Shown: positions 12,401-23,931 of the stretch, one piece after another
Position numbering within the stretch: position 1 is the first letter of the stretch
Layout: every line of letters starts with the position of its first letter
Origin: Entomortierella parvispora E1425
Taxonomy: Eukaryota; Fungi; Mortierellomycota
Direction: 5' to 3'
Length of the DNA: 64,000 bases
Assembly: GCA_020891255.1 (NCBI GenBank)
Contig: BQFW01000007.1
Coordinates: forward strand, 2,604,001-2,668,000
The notes under the pieces: model-generated
The model's input: only the letters and a program-made list of their open reading frames with translations
What the model was told of the DNA's origin: nothing
The model's database searches: none
Translations under genes and position numbers: made by a program

Positions 12401-12935
12401 TGTTGTTGTTGTTGTTGCCGGTGTTGTGTCCGGGTGAGCTGGCCAGGTGGACAGACGAGGATGTGGTTGAGTTGAAAAGACCACCGCCTGTAGCCCCAGC
12501 ACGGCCATTAATTTTATCAAGAGCTCGAGCACGCATGCTCTTGATTGTGTCTGTGCTATCGTCGGCCTCGTGAAGAGTTCCCTGAGAAGTAGCGAGCGCG
12601 AGAAAGAGCCCAGAAGACGAAGAAGCGGCGGAAGGAGAGGTTGCAAAGGAAGGAGAGGAGGCAGAGGTCTTTTGTTGTCCAGACAGGGACAAAGAATGCG
12701 AGGGGACGAGAAGGGGCCGTGTGCGGTAGGGAAGTGAGAGCGGCTCCGCCAGGGTCAAGGGGCCATTGTTGTGGGCAAGGGCCTGGTCCAGGTCCGGGTG
12801 CTGGTGCTGAAAGTGGTCGTCATAGTCGTCCTCGCCTTCACCCTCGGAGATGGCCGAGGAGTAGTCGTTCTCGGAGGTGTGGGTCGAGGAAAGGTAGCGC
12901 CAGTCGAGCTCGGACTCTTCTGTCGCGCTTTCCAT
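9492..12935 (-). CDS. 1147-aa S/Q/T-rich, largely disordered protein with a short coiled coil and a helical core; possible Mto2/SPA18-like MTOC protein
   Basis: Long stop-free ORF with poly-Q/N tracts and conserved-looking motifs SEIKALKARVQELE, ITLLKDAFRTFEK and ALKRASDEQIRSLTESLLAL. The CDS is well supported; the family call is tentative. Confidence 0.75.
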   Translation of the reverse strand: MESATEESELDWRYLSSTHTSENDYSSAISEGEGEDDYDDHFQHQHPDLDQALAHNNGPLTLAEPLSLPYRTRPLLVPSHSLSLSGQQKTSASSPSFATSPSAASSSSGLFLALATSQGTLHEADDSTDTIKSMRARALDKINGRAGATGGGLFNSTTSSSVHLASSPGHNTGNNNNNNNNNTSNSGHYTTTASQNIPSISKRVGPTTFAQNPNASPSRSATTPQDTSTSNRFKKKSLGSGPDRSTIPRISSKLQQPEQNHSTTAHQYPPVRKRTSGSFKSQNQQQQQQQQQQLVTSDDDQDPPAQNSFTDRHRYASEGGALIASEIKALKARVQELEMERMNRSLSGITVQSPQTMTPQNYPQQQCTVQEEQQAANHSEKLQHLLQKHRTPTESSSNQRSPNPISSSTLANRSTDTVGSLRSGMRLDPPAAIASPVHHGAAGAGQSNSIPQHITLLKDAFRTFEKAASSIYGNNAAVASMSKAVSNALSMNQTIRTWIKADVTLVDSSSMNALKRASDEQIRSLTESLLALATPQHSVDKSPAQPDATTGGMAMSRPESPRHLTFHRLGQGHGEGQGFSLAMAGHELGAMPPYPTRPLSAAAVRSYESMSSTTPSTMSSSGYLSRADPAANNVDLRAKGVARNGDAGSYGLERLGSSGSQRTPEPSLQQEQGSGFSSRRQIHLPSLQQSRSSLLSTPRASISPLPDRARSPGIQSSESPASLTRRQASVRNIMMRYSQTGPKSPELGPAGGQDNTPTQHSLGLGINQGHDSLSHFEQQSHGLSDQGRQGSESGQSENQENGIYHPHGTRIRPSISSNTFTSLGHHIALGGSLRRPLSQQEHHSFALSPLPGTQFRQGHVVQRPGRYAQDGVFSEDESSGWGSMSVDQLPPRSRASAYSTLRQQSRGRQGEEQQQQQQQPQQRRSQQPYSDCPLDSQSIYSDGGESEAYTDDRHSDQGRSRRRVLSFPRQQHLQGISEVQLRHQEQQLRQQQQQLSHSDMMMTTPSMPSPTSSPSSSSRVDGPSLISSHGYQSVNSGLDARYQLSPRGPTGSSTFPRQQSLSSVASFGEEGPYLDDHKQHQQILRQQQQQQQQLQQDQQQHTQQQQSPTQQQQSQQSRKSLALGTFPQDNLSAQAKARLQHILSGQS

Positions 12936-13757
12936 CTCGAAGGGTCTGGAAAGGTTTGGTCAGCGTTGTTTAGCGCGTAATGGGATGGATGTCAAGCGGC
13001 TGGTAGTCGGCCTGGAAGGGGAAGGAGAGGACGGAGAGGCGACCATTGGTCAGTGTTTGAGATTAATACAGGGGAATAATTGCTGCAGGCGAGACAGCCA
13101 TGCAGGCCGCATGGAAACACATGGAGAGGAGAGATGACTTTATGTGCAGTGCATGGACGTCCAATGGAGGACATGAATAGAGTTACGGTACCTTGCCGAG
13201 AGAGAGGGTCGCCAGGGTGGAAGTCGGTCGTTGAGGCTGAGTCCAGTCCAAGACGAGAATAAGAGAGAATGAATGAATGAATGAGAAAGAGCAAGGATGA
13301 GCAGAGGAGCAAAGCGAGCAAAGCAGACGAGAAAAAGACAAGGGAAAAGAGAGTGAGAGTGAGAGGGAAGGGAGTGGACACTGGACACCTTGAAGGCACA
13401 CTGCACACCTCACACCTCACACTGCACACTGCACACTCCAACAAAGGAACACAACGAAAAGACCGCGTCGTGTCGTCTCTCTCTCTCCCTCTCTCTCTTT
13501 TGTCTCTCTCTCTCTGTCTTCGAAGCACCACGTTGTCTTCTTTTCTTTCTTTGTTCCTCTTCAACTTTCTCTTCTTCTCTTCACTCCTCTCTCCTCTCTC
13601 CTCTCTCCTTCCCTCACCCATCGTTCCTCTCCTCTCCCATCTCTCCCCACATCGCTGTCCTTCCTCTGCTTCATTCTCTCTGCCATCCAATACTCTCGCA
13701 TACTCGCATTCCCCCCACCGTCTTGAACCATCCCAAATCGCTCTCCTTCTCCACATA

Positions 13758-16253
13758 ATGTCCGACCGGAAGCTACCCATGGACAAGAGCGAGCGCATCC
13801 TCAACGAACTGCTCAAGATTCCCGTCAACACCATCTGCTGCGACTGCGGTGCTGCCAGTGAGTGCTGATTCTTTGGCCAATGACAATAACCACTTCTTTG
13901 CACCCTCCTTTCGCCTCCCTTTCCCGCCAACCGAGGCTGCAACCGTAGACTTGCGTATTAAACCAACGTGGTTGACCCTATGCTACTCATCCCGCTTATG
14001 CTATTAGACCCAAAATGGGCGTCCCACTCTCTTGGATGCTTCCTCTGCGTACGCTGCTGTAGTGTCCATCGAAAGATGGGCACCCATATCTCTAAGGTCA
14101 AATCAGTCTCGCTCGATTCTTGGACGCAGGAAGATATTGACGTAGGATACATGGGAAACATGGACGTTAAACGATATTGATACCAGTACTGACATCGTCA
14201 CCGCATCTTTTTGTGTCTCCCACATAACAACAGACCATGAAGAACTGGGGTAACGGCAAGGTCAATGCCATGTACATGCCTCATCCAGAGAAGCACCCCC
14301 CGCCCACGAGCATGGAAGGAAGCGCGATGGAGCAGTATATCCGCTCAAAGTACGAAAAGAAGCAGTTCATGGAAGGAGGTGGAGGCGGAAACTCGTATCA
14401 GGTAAGGCCAGCAACTGAACCACAGAGTCATCTCGCACGCAGTGACACGTCGCAAGCAGGATTAGACATCAAGGACGGAAACGAGAGGATCCGATCTTCT
14501 GTGGAAGCCAAGGAAAAAAGTCGAGAAAAAAAAAGCCAAGGCTCTCCCTCTTAATTTTCGATGGGTCTCACCCATCCCACTCAGCCACGACACGATATTT
14601 TTTTTATCTTTCGACTTTAATGTGGAATGTGTGTGCTCGTCCTTGTACTCACGCGCAGTTCGCCCCGGTCCGGCTATGCCTTTTACCCTTTCCTCATGTC
14701 CAGGCTTCTTCTAGATCTGCATACGGAAACACTTTCTCAGGAGGAAATGGCAACAGCCGCAGCAACAATGACATTATCACCACCCAACCCTACACAACTC
14801 AGATGAAGGCTCTGCGCGCTATGGGATTCACAGACAACGCCAAGAACCTCCAGGTCTTGCAGTCGACTGAAGGCGATGTCCCCAATGCCACTGAGATTTT
14901 GTGCCGCATCGGTCACGGACCCGTTACCGCCACTGCTCCCTCCCGATCCACCACCAATACATCCAGAACACCTGCACGTAGCTCATCCAACAATACCAAC
15001 CCCAGCAATGACCCCAAGGAAAAAATTCTTTGGAATATGGGATTCCATGACTCTGCTCTCAATAAGGAAGCTCTGCGCCGTGCAGGTGGCAACCCTGAAG
15101 TGGCTGCTGGGATTTTGATCGATGACAAGGACAAGCTCGCAAAGGCTGTCAGGGACAAGTCTTCGTCTTCACCGGCACCGCCGCTTCCCAACAGACTGGA
15201 CCCACCCAACAGCAACAAGAACAAGAATAACCAATCAGAGAACCTGCTACTGGACTTGTCAACGCCTGACGATAACCAGCAACAACAACAACAGCAGCAA
15301 CAGCTTTTGTTCCAGCAACAACAGATGCAGATGCAGAACGCTTTTGGAAACAACAATAACCAGCAGTTTGGAAACTCTGATCAGTTTGGTATGGATCGCA
15401 TTACATTGACTTGATGTCAGGAACATCCTCTTTTTTTTTTTGAGGACCCATTTGTTTAATTGATTGATATTGACCGTCGCTTGTGATCATAGGCCAGAAC
15501 CACAACCAACTTCAGTCGATCTTGGACAAGAATGCCAGCATTCTTGCACTGTATAACAATGAAAACCAGGGCATGAACAACGCCTTTGGCTTGCAACAAC
15601 CACAGCAGCAACAGCAGTTCGGAGGCAACAATATGGGCGACATGAATTCTTGGGCTATGAACAATGGTGTCAACAACAACAACAATATGATGAGCTCTGC
15701 GTTTGGACTGCAGCAATCAAGTATGGCAACAGGAAACCAAAACAACATGTTTGGCAACGCTAACAACGGTATGATGGGTATGAGCAATGGAATGGGCACC
15801 ATGGGGGGTATGGGTAACAATGCCCAGACCAATCCCTTTGGAGGTGTCTCTGCTGTCTCGCAGCAGTCCTCGGGCAACTTTTCGACCCCCACTTCCATGG
15901 GCTTTAACAATGCTTTCGGAGTCAATAACAACAACAACAACCAATTTTCAGGACTTGGTACCATGGGAGCTGGATCCCCCATGACCACCAACCAGAACGT
16001 TTTTGGAACAAACAATAATAACATGTTTGCCAGCGGGGCAAGCGGGATGGGCACAATGGGCAACAACAACACTGGCATGAATGGCATGAACGGGATGAAC
16101 GGCATGAACGGCATGAACGGTTTTGGCGCCAACAACAACAATAGCAACTTTAACTCAGCCTTTGGTATGAACCAAGGCAACAATATGAACGGCAACCAGC
16201 ACAACCCTTGGGGTAACAACAACAACAGCAACAACCAGGGTAACTTTTTCTAG
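13758..16253 (+). CDS. ArfGAP zinc-finger protein with two UBA domains and an N/M/G/Q-rich tail (Gts1/Ucp3/SMAP-like)
   Basis: Exons ~13758-13857, 14008-14141, 14234-14401, 14704-15388 and 15493-16253, all with GT-AG. ArfGAP CCDC..NPKWASHSLGCFLCVRCCSVHRKMGTHISKVKSVSLDSW; UBA-like LRAMGF and LWNMGF helices; NPF and NPW motifs. Confidence 0.93.
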
Positions 16254-16331
16254 TGGACAATAGATCAGGCCATACATCGCTCTTGGTTCTCCACGAGGAA
16301 TAAAATATCAAAAATGAACATGGTTTATGGG

Positions 16332-17566
16332 CTATTCGAATTTCGGAAAGATATCGTTGCGTCGATGGTTCAGGACAGGCATCTCTGTTCGGATTCGCTC
16401 CAGCGATGGAAGATCCACAGATGCAATGGCAATGCCTTCCTCTTGACCGTTCAATTTTGCGACGATGGTGCCCCAGGGATCAACAATCTTGAGTGACAAA
16501 TGAAATTACCCACAGTCAGAGTTTGAAAATGGAGCATGGGATTATTGGATTATTGCTCAAATACAGCATGTTCAACGTACCATGGCGTGGCCATAGCTTG
16601 ACCGCTTTTCAGAGTGTTTTCCGACCTGTGCCGCTGCAACGACATAAGACTGAGTCTCGATGGCCCTGCTTCGCAAGAGTACTTCTATTTTTACAAAATC
16701 CAAAGCAGCGAATGTGTGTCAGCGCCTTTTTTTTTTTTTTGCCTCCCGCGCGTCCCTTCCTCTCTTTGAGAACTTCATTCGCGCTGCCAAATTACCCCAA
16801 TGAGCCTCCCCTGTCTTGATCGTAAAGGCAGATGGGTAGGTCAAGATCTCTGCCCCTCTCTGTCGTAGAGCCAGGGCCAGCTCTGGGAACCTCAAGTCAT
16901 AACAGATCCCCAAGCCAATTTTGCCAACAGGTGTTTGAACTGGATGAACAAGTTTGTCTCCTGAGGCCGTGTTTTGACTCTCCATCAGCTGGGGTCCGTT
17001 TTGAATGTCGACGTCAAAGAGGTGGATCTTGCGGTAGTGTTCAACAATGGATCCCTGGTTACTGATCAGGACATGGGTATTGTAAAGTCGTCCTGGGAAG
17101 GGACTCTGGATTCGTCCAATTTCAAAAGAAACAAAGAATCAGTTTCGCGCGCAGGCCTTTCAAGGCTGTACATGGACTCTATCCATCGTCCTACTTCCTC
17201 CACTTTTTTTATGCCTCGCTAACCTTCTCGTGGATGCCAACCGAGCACCAGATGTTGTGTTGTCGAGCAGCAGCGCAGATCCCTTCCAGGAACGGGCCTG
17301 CAGGTTCCAAAGGATGTGAAAGCGTGATGGCATCGTCCGCTGGGTTTCCGATAAAGTCTGAAGCTTCGGGGAAGAAGACGACCTAGATGAAACTCTTGTG
17401 AGTACAGAAATTGAGATCCGGGACAATTGGGGAATAGCATCATTGTTGTCTGTACCTTTGCAGCTTGTTGAGAGGCGGTCGCGATGAGACTGACGCACTT
17501 GGCCAGGTTGGTGGCAACTGACTGTCCGCCACAGAACTGGGCGACGGCTATCTTCAAGGGTTGCAT
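16332..17566 (-). CDS. NIT2: Carbon-nitrogen hydrolase, Nit1/NIT2-type deaminated glutathione amidase
   Basis: About five exons. Catalytic triad motifs FFPEASD (E), YRKIHLFDV (K) and ICYDLRFPE (C); also [21 protein letters not shown] and SYGHAM-IVDPWG. Stop at 16332-16334. Confidence 0.93.
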
Positions 17567-18094
17567 CTTTTTTTTTTTTTTTTCTATTCTCCGCCTGTCT
17601 GCCGAGATGAAGCGAGCGATGAAGGAGCGTCAGACGGAAAAGTCGAAAAGAGAGAATGAATCAATGAATGAATTGAGAGAATGTGATGGTCACTGTTTTC
17701 ATACATGAGCGAGAACGGAAACTTTAGTTGTCTGGAGAAAATCGAAGGTTGTCCCGTCTGCGCAGATGAGCCACGACAGGATTACACACAGCCCCTTCGT
17801 AAAAACGCGAAAAGAAGTTTTAGATGCATTTCTTGGGGCGCCATTTGTGCGCTCAACCTTCTACGCGCGCAAAACTATGACAAGCGAGCATACACTCCGC
17901 TGTGTCCGCGTCTTCAACGTGCTCCTCTGGAGAATTACCTTGAGAACCAATTAACTGGCGCTGGAAGGACATTGAGCGGTAACGGAACAGATGAAAAAAA
18001 AAACCCCCCCTCCCTTGATGTACTCGACTTTGTCGTCCTCTCGTATTATTGTCTGACCTGACTAGTTCAGTATGAGTCCATAAAGTCATTCCTG

Positions 18095-18235
18095 TAATTG
18101 GTCAATTCTTCTTGATCCATTCTCGCTCTTCAACTCCTACGCGAACGCTCATCCTGTCTGTTCGGAGCTGTCGCATCTGCTTCAATCTTTCAACAAATCC
18201 AGACCATTCTCCAAGACAATAATAGGCATCTCGTT
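18095..18235 (-). pseudogene. Relic C-terminal fragment of a family-A-type F-box/LRR gene
   Basis: Restoring two 1-bp deletions gives CLLLS-LENGLDLLKD-LKQMRQLRTDRMSVRVGVEEREWIKKN*P, which matches the paralog-1/2 terminal motif (GLELL.GLK.MR..N...MG..IG.EELEWI..HWP), with W replaced by TGA. Confidence 0.7.
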
Positions 18236-18697
18236 CTATCGATCGGCCTCCTTTTCTTCTCAGTAATAGAGTTCATGAACGAGGAGGAGTGAGGAAAGAA
18301 CAATGGACAAAAGGGAGTAGGACAAGAAAGAAGAGGTACACCACCGCCCGCTGGCAGTCAGCCCAACCAGCCAAGGCGAACCCATTTTTCCGCGAAACTG
18401 TCCTCGCACTCTACCGAGAACACCAGCACAATTGAGGTCGGACGATACACAACTTTTTTTTCCAGCCGTTTCTTTTCTCTCTTGCCAAGCCCCCACAGCT
18501 GAGTTTTGAAGTGACGACCACACCCTCTTCTCCAAGGTATCCGCTTAGGCCAATACAGGAATGCAAGTTACTCAGACCAAACAGCTTTTGTGGGTGCTTT
18601 GGGGGCAAGCCACTTTTTCCCCCCTTGTTTTTTTTTTTACAAGTAATTTATTTCAGATGTCATCCAACGGACGTGGGACCAAAGCTTCAAGGGTGCT

Positions 18698-19911
18698 TTA
18701 CTTTGCGTTAGGAAGCAATACGGTCGCCTCAAAAGGCCCTGCATGTGTCCTGGCCCATTGAAGACTTTCTTCAATCTGATCAAGCCGGAACGTCTTGTAC
18801 TCGAGCAAAGTGGGATCCAGCAAACCTGCCTCCATCATGGCCAAAAGCTCCACCACGTTCGATCTTGAGTTCATGAAGCGACCCTTGATGGTCAAGTTGT
18901 TGAACACAAGCTGGGAATAAGGCAACTCGACATTCTGTTGAACTCCACCCATCAAAACCACAGTGCCGTTGATTCGCACTGCATTGATGGCCGCTCTAGC
19001 CGTGGCAAAAGGAGCCGTTGGCGGAAGGATATCAAACGCCACATCGATCTCGTAGCCTTCTCCTGCTGCCTTTTTGAAATTGGCCGTGTCCAGGGCTTCG
19101 TCCCCTGTGGTCACCAAAGGGACGACCCGAGGGCCAAACTTTTCCACATAGGTCTTCAAAGTAGCTTGGTTCCGGCCCGAGGCAATGACGCGTCTGGCAC
19201 CCATAGCCAAAGCCACGGCCACGGTAGAGGCCCCAAAAGGACCTGTTGCGCCGGTGATGGCAATGGTTTCTCCTGGACGAAGTGAATCACAGAGTCCTCC
19301 ATAAGGAATGCTGTATCCCGGCAGAGACACCAGTGTATGGAGGTCGTGCTTTGCTAGAAGACTGGGTGGGATTGGAAACTACATTTGTAAAAAAAACAAA
19401 GGGGTTAAAAAACAAATCCCACGCCATTAGCAAGTGCCATTGATCTCTTGTTCAAGGAAGCTGAAATCAGGGTCGCTTCTCCTACCAGGACTTCAAAAGG
19501 AATGACAGCCTTCTCTGCCCAAGTACCATGCCTCCAGACAGAATGCAGACTTGTTCCTCCTGGGCCTGCGGCGAAAAAGCCCATGATGATGGTGTCTGGG
19601 GAAATGGCATTGTCGCGAGCACGGATCGCAGGATCAATGGCCACCATCTGGCCTACTTTTAAAATGGTGCTGCCAGGGCCGATCGCCCGGATAATACCGA
19701 CTCCTCCATTTCCAGGGACCATGGGTGCTACACCCATGAAAGGACGTACGCCACTGAGGCTCTCCGACGCATAGCTTCGAATATGAGCCGCCACAATCTC
19801 CACGACGGCCTCTCCCGCAGATGGTTCACGAATGGGGAGGTCAACAGGCTCCAGGTAAGGTGGGGTGGCCTTTTGGCCAGTAAATAGAGCTGCTCTAACG
19901 GTCGTTGTCAT
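18698..19911 (-). CDS. Medium-chain dehydrogenase/reductase (GroES-like + Rossmann alcohol dehydrogenase family)
   Basis: ATG 19911 (MTTTVRAALF..), one intron at ~19.49-19.38 kb. GroES-like domain (PMVPGNGGVG, GQMV), YGGL..LRPGETIAITGATGPFG nucleotide-binding motif, GTVVLMG. Confidence 0.88.
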
Positions 19912-21655
19912 TTTCGTGAGGGTGAACTGTCGAACTAAGGACTGTGGGAATTTTAGTAAGGGAGAGAGAAGAGAAAAAAAGAGACGAAACAAGTTTGAAA
20001 ATGTGATTTGTAATACCCCCCCCCCCCCTTCATCCAGAAAGAAGCCATAAGCGATCATTGACGGCTGCGCATGAGGAGTTTAAGGGGTTGAGGTGGATCA
20101 AGACGGTGAACAAGAACTATATACTATAGGAAGGGCAAAAGAAGGTAGGTAAAAACACAAGACCAAACGGGAGCTGTCCAAGGGCAAAAGTTGCTGGAGG
20201 CCTAGAGGAATTGTGAAAACTGAAGGTGATATTCGAAGATTTCTACAGTTGGATCAAAGTCATTGAAGATCTCTGAGAACAAGGACGGCTCAGAACCTAA
20301 AAGCGCTGCATTAGTGGGTTGAGCTAGGGTGTTCAAATTGGCGGGTTGTGGGGGATTGTCCATGATGTGCATTTCGAAAAGGGACATGGCTGATGAGGAC
20401 CCTGTATCGAGCATATCTTGTATTTAGGCGATACGGGTCAAAGTTGTCCAATTGCATGCGGCTGGCCGTGATATCGTTTTGGTCGCCTCCTTCCTGCTGA
20501 CTTGAAGACATGGACGATGGGGATAAAGGAATGGTATATAATGAGAGAAGAGACAATGGCACTTTGCCCTGTGAGCTCACAATCCTTCTGGAGGTCCTTT
20601 TTTGTGGTGACGCGCCTTCGGATCTCAATTTGAAGTCAATGGTGGAAACATCCCGTCTAGACAATGGACGCGCCTTGAATTGCACCACAGTTCGACAGAG
20701 GAGGGGGGCCTCGCAGCGATAAAGGGGTTTACAATCATCAGTCTAGCTGCACCAACGGCAAAGGCGACAACGGATCCATCGCTCCGACTTTGTGGATCAA
20801 TGATTTTCTGTGGATGAGGGAGAAATCCGGTTGCCACGATTGGATGACCAATCAAATGTGTTAAGGTTTTGGAGGACGGCTTGGTCAAAAAGAACCATTT
20901 TAAGGCAAAACGTGCGTGGACATGCACTGTCAACCAGAGTCCTCGAGGTTCTTGAAAGTCCATGGTCAAATGAATACATGAATGCAGTCTTAGTTCATAC
21001 CGTTTTGATACCTTGATGTCTGTCGTTGCAACAACAGTCTTCCTCTTATTCCAGATGTCGATCTTGATTCTAGAACGCCGCTCATCCCAACCGTCAAGAA
21101 TCGAGGCTTCTATGCCGCCTTGTTGTGTCTACGAGATATTGTTAGACCAAGGGAAACGCGTCTCCATCTTTGTCTGATTTACCGATCGAGAGGTACGGGA
21201 AAAACATAAAAAAAACCCGAAGGTCAACGACATGCTCGGCGCCGCACTCTATCTTTTCCATCCATGGTTACTGTCCTGGTAGGATCGTAAAAAAAGAAAG
21301 GGAAGAACTATCCTCCACCCGAAGAAGGATGCGCCAACAAGACGTTTGTCTCTTTTTTAGGAAAGAGTTGGGCGCCTGGACTTCAATTGTGGAGGACAAA
21401 GTCGAGTTTCAATGCGCACAAGAGAAGAGGACGGTTAAAAATAGTTCGCCAATGACATAAAATTAGAACACGCGTGTGAACACAAGGCGCGCCGTTTCCT
21501 TGTGCGCGTCCGTCCCGTCCTGTTTTTTTCGTTCACCCAGTCAGGTATAAAGAGTCATGGCCAATCCCTTCTGCTTCTACTTTTTTTTTCATCACAAATC
21601 ACATTCTTCAACCTTCTTTACTTCCCCACCACATTCCACACTTTTTTACCACATC

Positions 21656-22045
21656 ATGATGTTCAAGTCTGCCATTGTCGCTGTCCTCGCTACCGTTGTG
21701 TTGAGCTTCGTTGCTGCCGAGGATACCCGTATGGACTACAAGTTGGCCAAGGGCCAGACAGTCGCTCAGTTCTGCGCTGCTTGGAACACGGAGTGCTACA
21801 AGTAAGTTTTGGTGCCTTTTCTTTTCAGTAGGATCTGCCTTCAAAAAAAAAAAAAAAAAAAAGTCCTCAACATTTGCTTTTTGTGTAATGATAGGTACAT
21901 CCCCAAGGTCCAGCCCGGCGCCGAAGTCGGCGAGTACTGTGAGGCGGGACCAGGCAAAGACGAGGTTCAAACCTACTGCAATGCCTACGCCGTCACTCTC
22001 CATGGATCGGCCGTCGCCAAGATTCTCCATGCCGTTCCCGCCTAA
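21656..22045 (+). CDS. Small secreted protein, 98 aa, 4 Cys
   Basis: Exons 21656-21801 and 21895-22045 (GTAAGT..TAG intron) join in frame: MMFKSAIVAVLATVVLSFVAA-EDTRMDYKLAKGQTVAQFCAAWNTECYKYIPKVQPGAEVGEYCEAGPGKDEVQTYCNAYAVTLHGSAVAKILHAVPA*. Classic hydrophobic signal peptide. Confidence 0.85.
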
Positions 22046-22166
22046 AAAAAGAGCAGAAACCAAGATCGCCGCCTTCTCTGCAAGAGGAGAGTGTGGTCTC
22101 AGTTTACCCATGTATTGCACAACTAGAAAGCAATGAGTTGTGAGATACAAATAAACCATTGTCGGT

Positions 22167-22996
22167 TTACGTTTTTATTCTCTTTGACTGTCGGCGGTGA
22201 GATGGGAGCGTTTCCACAGTTGAGCCGACTCCCTCTTGACTGTCCTCTCTCTGTAAAAGATTAGCCGCTAAACCTTGATCTGATCCCAGTTCTGTTTTGA
22301 GTTGAAGGATCTCAGTTTTGATAACTTCAGCAACTACAGACTGGTCCTCTTCCTCGAGCTTGACTTTAATGGCCAGATCCGAGCCAGAGATGACCCGACC
22401 CTCAATGACTCGTAGGTCCGCGGCAAACAGCACCGTATGGGCCCATCCCGAATATTCTCCAAATCTCTCAAAGAAATGTCGGCTCACTGCTTTGTACACA
22501 GGGAGCGAGATTGTCTTTGGCACCTTGCCTTCAAATCGAAATTTGTAGTCTCTCACAGCAATCTGCCAAACATGGGTATCCACTGGGATGACATCCTGTT
22601 TATCCAATGACATCAAACAGACACAGTCTGCAACTTTTGGACCCACACCTTGTAAAGTCAAAAGAGCATCATGGGCCTCCTGGTAGGGTAGCTGGCGCAA
22701 GTTGAAGAGCCAGTCTAGTCCATTTTCCATCGAGTAAATCATTTGAGCGGTCCGAGCAATGTACTTGGCGCGGTAACCGAATCCAAGTCCTCGAAGCTTT
22801 TCTTCAACGCCCTCCTGAGCCAGTGCCTCCAGCGTGGGAAAGCCATAAAATGTTCTTATACCGGCGGCGGTGGTGGCGGGCTGGTCATTGTCGAGAGCCG
22901 AGAGTGCGGAAGTAGGTACGTTGATAGGCGTTCCATATTCTTGGCACAGTTTCGTTGCCTATATCAGGATATCACCACTGTTAGAAATCATTGACC

Positions 22997-23027
<31 letters not shown>

Positions 23028-23931
23028 CATCGGTCCATACCATTTGACTGATCCGTGCAATGTTGTTGTTGGAACTGCAGATAAAGCAAATCAGGTTCTC
23101 CATGGGATCTTGCCTCAAAATCCGAACTCCTGGGAAGAAGGGCGCCTTGGCTTTGAAATTTTGGTCCGTCTCGGACCATTTCTCGTACAAGTCCGTCAAG
23201 GGGACATGTAATTGTAAATAATCCTCCAAGAATTTTCGGTCTTCGTCCATTGCTTGTATCAAATCCTTGGATTCTTCTGCTGCCCCTGCTGCTGTTGATC
23301 CTTGAGTCTCAGAGGCAGAGTTCCCTGGATTTCCTGGTTCCGCAAAATAAGGCGAAACCAATGTGGGTGGTAGAGGAGACCATCCCTTCTGAGGCGGTGC
23401 TTCGGAGGTGGGTCTGAATGTCCTGTACTTGAATCCATCCTCGGTCTCCTGAATGCACCAGAGACGATGGTCCAGGACACAGGAATAGATGGGGAGTGAT
23501 ATTTCACCCGAGGGCAGCTCTACATGCTCACGGTGCCAGCGAAAGGATTGACCGCATTTGAGAGTAGTGGAGAGATCAAGCTCAGAACGGGGGATGGTCA
23601 AAGAGGTCCAGGGTGTGGCTTTGATAAAGGGTTCTGCAGAGGGCTGAGGAATGGAGGCCGCAGGTGCGACGGCAGTCATATGTGGGGTCGACTTTGAGGA
23701 CGACGCTGCTGATGAAGACTTTGTCTTTTTGAGAGTGTCGTCCTTGGGTGCCTTGCGCCTGGTACTGGATCCGGACTTGTCTGTTGCCAGGATGCGCTTT
23801 GTTGCTGATGAGGTGGCTGCGCTCTTTGCCCGAGTGCTGGTCGACGAGGAGGACGATGCCACTGCGGTCATGGCAGAGGCGACCCTCTTGCGGGTGATCC
23901 TTGTTACAGTCGATACGGCAACAGCAGCCAT
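22167..23931 (-). CDS. OGG1: 8-oxoguanine DNA glycosylase/AP lyase
   Basis: Exons 23931-23041 and 22948-22167. Motifs TLKCGQSFRW, GVRILRQDP.ENLICFICSSNNNIARI, GFGYRAKYI, and HhH-GPD LQGVGPKVADCVCLMSLD..IPVDTHVWQIA..YSGWAHTVLF. Confidence 0.97.

Noticed and set aside
12963-13942. 316-aa minus ORF, 195-aa plus ORF and a 28-codon upstream ORF in the divergent promoter region
   Set aside because: The long ORFs are products of CT/GA microsatellite-like low complexity. The short uORF stops before the main ATG and has no further support.
20200-21020. Coding-like fragments with a CxxC-like stretch (RWIRCRLCRWC) on the minus strand
   Set aside because: Broken by stops, with no family I can recognise. 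It could be a decayed gene or element, but this cannot be supported without a tblastx search.
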